Source: Campylobacterota bacterium (GTDB taxonomy: Bacteria > Campylobacterota > Campylobacteria > Campylobacterales > Sulfurovaceae). From it: a stretch of DNA of 11,993 bases. Under the pieces are notes generated by a model. It saw nothing but the letters and a program-made list of their open reading frames with translations. It searched no databases and was not told the origin of the DNA. The DNA lies in NCBI GenBank assembly GCA_034722955.1, contig JAYEOM010000086.1, positions 1 to 11,993 of the forward strand. Direction: 5' to 3'. A program made the translations under genes and the position numbers. Below, piece after piece: positions 7,515 through 11,993 of the stretch (the stretch's first letter is position 1; each line of letters begins with the position of its first letter).

Positions 7515-10500
7515 CTATCCTCTATACCTATTAATTAATATCTCAAGTGTCTCTTTTGAAATTGTATGAGACAGAGATTCTCCTCGTGTAATCTTAGGAG
7601 TATTTTGTTTGTTTTGTAGGTCTGCAAATGAAAGTATAGCAACTTTCTCTTCTATCTTACTGAGATTTTCCGGCAAGAGATAATCATCTGTAATAAGTAT
7701 ATCATACTCTCCCGAAAGAGCCTCTTTCTCTAAATCATCCAAATTATCTATAGCTGTATAGTCCATGTTTAGATTTTGAGCCAATTTTCCGATGATTTTA
7801 CTCTTGAGTAGACTCTTTATTGCAATAAGAATCTTCTCTTTACTCGCTGTTTTCTCTGCAGTGGCAGGTTCTATAATAGGATCAACAGTAGTTGTCTTAT
7901 CCTCTTCTAAAATATTATCAATAATAGGAGTCTTCTCTATCGGTTCTGGCTCTTTAATCGGTTCTTGCTTTTTGATTGGCTTTGGCTCTTTGATCGGTTC
8001 TGGCTTTTTGATAGGTTCTTGTTTTTTCTGTGGAGCCTCATCGGAAGGAGTAGCATCAATATATTTGTTGAGTACAGCCATAAGTTCAGCTGTCTCTAGC
8101 GGTTTGGATATATACTCATCCATTCCTGCACTAAGGAATCTCTCTCTATCACCTTTGAGTGCATTGGCAGTTAGAGCAACAATTGGAATATGTTTTTGCT
8201 CCTCATCCTCTTCATAATCAAGAATTTCACGAGTTGCTTCAAGACCATCCATTATAGGCATTTGGATATCCATAAAGATTAGATTAAAATCACCATTTCT
8301 TCGTTTTTCAAATGCCTCTAGTCCATTGTTTGCGATATCAACTTTGAGACCTGACTCTTCAAGAATATGACGAATAAGTTTTTGATTAATGATATTGTCT
8401 TCAGCGACAAGTACATTGGCATCAAAGTTTGTTCCTTCTACTTTTTTCCTCCCACTATCCTCTTTGCTTTCAACTATTTCTGAGCTTTTAAGAAGGACTT
8501 CCCTGATCTTCTTCAATGTTACAGGTTTATATAGAACATTCTCTTGAGTAATATTTAGTTGCTCTATCTTGTCTCTACTTGTCACATTTGCTATAACCAT
8601 TAGATCAGATCTATTGAAATTTGGTAACGAATCAAGAATATTTTGTTTTGCATTATCGATATCTATCCAGTAGTTTTTACAACTATTAGAATCCTTCAGA
8701 TCTTTAAGCTCTCCAACAGACTCAAATAGTTTTACCGTAGGACCAAAATACTCAAAATAGCTATCAAGATAACTATCTAATTTTGTAGGTATCTGCTGCT
8801 CATATTTACCAAGCGTCAGAGCAGTAAAGGCATTGAATAGACCTGTTTCTGTTGTAGAGATCTCTTCGAGAGCCAAGCTAAAGAAGAATGTTGTACCGTG
8901 GTCTTTGATACTCTCAAGCTCTAGTTCGCCACCCATCAATTCAACAAACTGACTAGATAGAGTCAACCCTAAGCCTGTACCACCGTATTTTCTTGTGACA
9001 GAGATGTCTGCCTGAGAGAATGCTGTAAAGATTCTTGATTGCTGCTCTTTGGTCATACCTATGCCGTTGTCTTGAACACTAAACAGAACTCTATGTTGTC
9101 CATCTTCTGTTTGAATCTTTTTGATTTCGACATTGATTTTTCCACCATAACTAGTAAATTTAGTTGCATTACTAAGTAGATTGATCAGTATCTCTTTGAT
9201 CTTGGTCGGATCTCCTTTGAGTTTTCTACTTATAGTTGGATCTAGATAGTAGTTGAGATCAATATTTTTCTCTGCAGCACTAACAGCATAAGTCTCTATG
9301 GCACTATCAAACTCCTCTTCTGTATCAAAGACGACACTTTCAATTTCAACTTTATTACTTTCAACTTTAGAGAGATCAAGAATATTGTTGATAATACTGA
9401 GAAGGTTTTCGGAACTCTTATCTATAATCGATAAGAACTCATGCTGTTCATCGCTGAGTTCTGTAGTTTTGAGTAACTCTGTAAATCCGACAATACCATT
9501 GAGAGGTGTACGGATCTCATGTGACATATTGGCAAGGAAGAGTGATTTTGCTTCATTTGCCTGAAGGGCAGATTGTTTATCTTCTCTTGCGGTATCGACT
9601 AGACTCTCAAGGAACCTATATGCAGCCCTAGTTCCTTCACGCGTATCTAGTTCAATATTTTCGATTGCTGAAGTATCCGATATGATATATTGATCGTTGT
9701 GTTTCATCTCATCAATAGCTTTGTTTAGAACATCTTCAAGCTCTTTGATATTGCTAGTAATATCACTTGTTGTTCTGTACCCCAAGAATGCCAGCAATAT
9801 AGATAGGAACCATATGAGAATAGATATGATAAGTGCAATAATCTGTTGATTTAGATAGCCATCAGATGCTTCCCATAGCTTGCTAGATACAATAACCTGT
9901 GCTTTTGAGAGTAGTGAGATTTTTTTGGTTTGAAGAGTAAACCAGTCACTAGGATCTTCTGCATAGTCTCCATTATCCATATCTGTCTGGATTGAAGAGG
10001 AGGTCTCTGCCAAATCTAAAAGCATCTTTTTGTTTTTAGGATTATTATAGAGAGTTACAATTGCATTTGATATCGTTTTGTTTGTGATTTTACTAGGATC
10101 AAAAGCGTTTGATTTTGTTTTAAATGAGTCCCATAGTGCGATTTCACTAAAAGCCATAGAGGATTTTTGTGTCATAAAGTAGGATATGTAACCTCTCTCC
10201 AAACCAGCATTCTCTTTTGCTATATCGATTTTATCAAGTGTCGAAATCAAAGAGGCTATCTCTGTATTTAGTGAAAAATTATTTGTCTGCAAGAGATTTT
10301 CTAATGTTGGTGTAGCTATTAATTCGGTATAGCCTTTGAAGAATATATCTGTAAAATTACTACCGACAGTATCTACTTTTTTCCTAATACCGGAGACACT
10401 TTTTGTGTTATCTAATAGTTTATTATATTTTGCACTATCTAATAGTTGTATATTCATTAGCAAAAAAGGGAGATAAGCTTTTGTCTCTACTACAAGGTTT

Positions 10501-10781
10501 TGTTGTAGTTTTTCTATGGAAGCATCCAGATTTTTCCTCTGATTTTTCAGTGGTTCAGCAAAACTCTTGCGACCTGATCCCATATAGAGTGATGTTAAAC
10601 CGCGCTCCTTTCCTGTCTGTATCAATAGATCATTCAGTATGGCATTATTGTTTAATACAACCTTAAGTGCATGTGCTTTTTCATAATTTTGATACGATAC
10701 AAACAAAAAATAGCTCGAAAGCAAAATAAGCAGTGTAATTGGCACTAACCCAGTTAGTTTTAGTCTATTTCTAATAGTCAT
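7515..10781 (-). CDS. Membrane-bound hybrid sensor histidine kinase with a periplasmic NIT (nitrate/nitrite-sensing-type) domain
   Basis: TM1 at about aa 10-30 and TM2 at about aa 314-335 flank NIT-like motifs KERG (R60), KENAGLERG (R196) and WF (280-281). H-box FLANMSH421EIRTPLNG, N-box [11 protein letters not shown]1 DNGIG and G2 GGTGLGL are present. The canonical receiver (AEDN...FMD838IQMP...ALTA...SKP) is flanked by two degenerate receiver-like segments. RBS AGGAGG lies upstream. Confidence 0.93.
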   Translation of the reverse strand: MTIRNRLKLTGLVPITLLILLSSYFLFVSYQNYEKAHALKVVLNNNAILNDLLIQTGKERGLTSLYMGSGRKSFAEPLKNQRKNLDASIEKLQQNLVVETKAYLPFLLMNIQLLDSAKYNKLLDNTKSVSGIRKKVDTVGSNFTDIFFKGYTELIATPTLENLLQTNNFSLNTEIASLISTLDKIDIAKENAGLERGYISYFMTQKSSMAFSEIALWDSFKTKSNAFDPSKITNKTISNAIVTLYNNPKNKKMLLDLAETSSSIQTDMDNGDYAEDPSDWFTLQTKKISLLSKAQVIVSSKLWEASDGYLNQQIIALIISILIWFLSILLAFLGYRTTSDITSNIKELEDVLNKAIDEMKHNDQYIISDTSAIENIELDTREGTRAAYRFLESLVDTAREDKQSALQANEAKSLFLANMSHEIRTPLNGIVGFTELLKTTELSDEQHEFLSIIDKSSENLLSIINNILDLSKVESNKVEIESVVFDTEEEFDSAIETYAVSAAEKNIDLNYYLDPTISRKLKGDPTKIKEILINLLSNATKFTSYGGKINVEIKKIQTEDGQHRVLFSVQDNGIGMTKEQQSRIFTAFSQADISVTRKYGGTGLGLTLSSQFVELMGGELELESIKDHGTTFFFSLALEEISTTETGLFNAFTALTLGKYEQQIPTKLDSYLDSYFEYFGPTVKLFESVGELKDLKDSNSCKNYWIDIDNAKQNILDSLPNFNRSDLMVIANVTSRDKIEQLNITQENVLYKPVTLKKIREVLLKSSEIVESKEDSGRKKVEGTNFDANVLVAEDNIINQKLIRHILEESGLKVDIANNGLEAFEKRRNGDFNLIFMDIQMPIMDGLEATREILDYEEDEEQKHIPIVALTANALKGDRERFLSAGMDEYISKPLETAELMAVLNKYIDATPSDEAPQKKQEPIKKPEPIKEPKPIKKQEPIKEPEPIEKTPIIDNILEEDKTTTVDPIIEPATAEKTASKEKILIAIKSLLKSKIIGKLAQNLNMDYTAIDNLDDLEKEALSGEYDILITDDYLLPENLSKIEEKVAILSFADLQNKQNTPKITRGESLSHTISKETLEILINRYRG
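7938..8027 (-). repeat. In-frame 18-bp tandem repeat x5 encoding a Pro/Lys/Glu linker ([30 protein letters not shown])
   Basis: Plus-strand units: tatcggttctggctcttt, aatcggttcttgcttttt, gattggctttggctcttt, gatcggttctggcttttt, gataggttcttgtttttt. Confidence 0.9.
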
Positions 10782-10784
10782 GAT

Positions 10785-11993
10785 TTATTTTCCTCCTAGA
10801 TCGTGTGATTTACCGTGCATGAAAATCTCAAACGCTAAGAACTGCCCCCAATATTTTTTGAGAAGTGGTTCAAAGCGAGATTTATCTTCGCAAAATTGTA
10901 TCTCTTCAAGTGTATCAGCCAAAGGATTGATTCTAAGATTACTAGCAACACCTTTTAGTTTGTGTCCTGTTTTTTGTATAGTGTCAACATCACCGCTTTT
11001 GCAAGCTTCATAAAAAGTCTCTCTCTCTTCTCTAGCTTGAGCAATAAAGTCATTGACAAACTCTTCGATAAGGTCAGTAGGTAAGCTCAAATCTTCAGAA
11101 GCTTTTTCAAGTTGAAAATCAAAATGAATAGGTTTGATATCATCAAGTATGAGATCACATATTTGATTCTCATTTACCTCTTCAACTTTGGCAACTTCTG
11201 CAACCTCTTCAACTTCTGCAACTTCTGCAACTTCTGCAACTTTGGCAACCTCTTCAACTTTGGCAACCTCTGCAACCTCTTCAACTTTGGCAACCTCTTC
11301 CTCTTCTTGAATAATTATCTCTTCAGTTTCATCTTCGTCTTTAGATATATTTGCTAAAACAGCATAGAAAACTTCAATAGCATTTTTTTCTATTTTGCCA
11401 GAACCTTTCTCTATCTGCTCAATGATTTTAGATATATCATTGAGATGCAACATCTCTGATAAGTGATGCAGAGAAGAGATATTTTGCTCTTCCGCTCTAC
11501 TGCCATTTTCTTTGATAGACTCCTCGATATCGTGTGCTTTCTCAATGAATTCATTAAGAAAATCAGAATAATCCTCTTCTGATATACCAAGTTCTTTACT
11601 GTATTGAGCTATATCAATAACAATATCATCTGCTGAAAGCGTAGTAAGATCTAGAGTTACACTATCATCTTCAAATACATCTTCTTTCAAAAAGTCAATC
11701 TCTTCATCTGGTAGAAGCGTAGTCTCCTCCTCTATAGTTACCTCTTCTTCAGGCTCCTCATCTATCATCTTGATAAAGGAGTCATCTTCCTCTTCATCGA
11801 GAAGGAGTGCTGCACTATCGTCGATAGCTTTCTCCTCTTCAGGTTCCTCATCTATCATCTTGATAAAGGAGTCATCTTCATCGAGAAGGAGTGTAGTATC
11901 CTCCTCTATAGTTACCTCTTCTTCAGGTTCCTCATCTATCATCTTGATAAAGGAGTCATCCTCATCTTCATCGAGAAGGAGTGTAGCATCCTC
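10785..11993 (-). CDS. Acidic, repeat-rich Hpt-domain protein (histidine phosphotransferase), 5'-truncated by the window edge
   Basis: The C-terminal Hpt has the consensus TGHKLKGVASNL (His codon 10964-10962), and an upstream Hpt-like copy lacks the His. The frame is open from 11993 (EDATLLLDEDEDDSFIK-M...), so the ATG at 11942 is a repeat-internal Met and not the start. The stop is 3 nt before the kinase ATG. Confidence 0.88.
   Translation of the reverse strand, partial: EDATLLLDEDEDDSFIKMIDEEPEEEVTIEEDTTLLLDEDDSFIKMIDEEPEEEKAIDDSAALLLDEEEDDSFIKMIDEEPEEEVTIEEETTLLPDEEIDFLKEDVFEDDSVTLDLTTLSADDIVIDIAQYSKELGISEEDYSDFLNEFIEKAHDIEESIKENGSRAEEQNISSLHHLSEMLHLNDISKIIEQIEKGSGKIEKNAIEVFYAVLANISKDEDETEEIIIQEEEEVAKVEEVAEVAKVEEVAKVAEVAEVAEVEEVAEVAKVEEVNENQICDLILDDIKPIHFDFQLEKASEDLSLPTDLIEEFVNDFIAQAREERETFYEACKSGDVDTIQKTGHKLKGVASNLRINPLADTLEEIQFCEDKSRFEPLLKKYWGQFLAFEIFMHGKSHDLGGK
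11175..11300 (-). repeat. In-frame 9-bp tandem repeat x14 encoding (EEV/AKV/AEV)n
   Basis: Plus-strand units aacctcttc, aactttggc, aacttctgc and aacctctgc form 14 contiguous copies (126 bp). Confidence 0.92.
11685..11993 (-). repeat. In-frame 84-90-bp tandem repeat (at least 3.6 copies, runs off the window) encoding acidic units like MIDEEPEEEVTIEEDTTLLLDEDDSFIK
   Basis: Unit Met codons at 11942, 11858 and 11768 give spacings of 84 and 90 bp. The DNA block cctcatctatcatcttgataaaggagtcatc recurs three times. Confidence 0.92.

Noticed and set aside
7171..11013. Plus-strand ORFs at 7171, 7792, 9298, 10403 and 10780
   Set aside because: They are antisense shadows of the well-supported receiver, kinase and Hpt genes, with no recognisable motifs.
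11112..11357. Plus-strand ORF with FNFGN/FCN repeats
   Set aside because: It is an antisense reading of the 9-bp repeat inside the Hpt gene and has no independent coding evidence.
11685..11993. Regularly spaced ~30-bp identical blocks resembling a CRISPR array
   Set aside because: The intervening sequences are themselves homologous, unit lengths are multiples of 3, the region is an open coding frame, and no cas genes are present.

Overview
This is a chromosomal, AT-rich window from a Campylobacterota bacterium; gene content and synteny suggest a Sulfurovum-like sulfur oxidiser (inference). The left part carries a 5'-truncated rhodanese with a CNGxWC active site, an inverted REP doublet (REPIN-like), a GAF protein with an unrecognised C-terminal domain and an SSS/SLC5 sodium:solute symporter. 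A 158-bp palindromic MITE-like element with an ERIC-like core and a TTA direct repeat sits between the symporter and proC. The centre is proC divergent from bamD-lon, lacking the fliW found at this position in Campylobacter jejuni, and ends in a 13-bp hairpin. The right part is a closely spaced minus-strand phosphorelay cluster: a 5'-truncated, very acidic, repeat-rich Hpt protein, a NIT-domain hybrid histidine kinase, and a single-domain receiver. No output domain is visible in the window. The best candidates for something new are the two kinds of non-autonomous palindromic elements and this phosphorelay, with its variant NIT ligand motifs and scaffold-like Hpt protein. No CRISPR array, rRNA, tRNA or transposase is visible.
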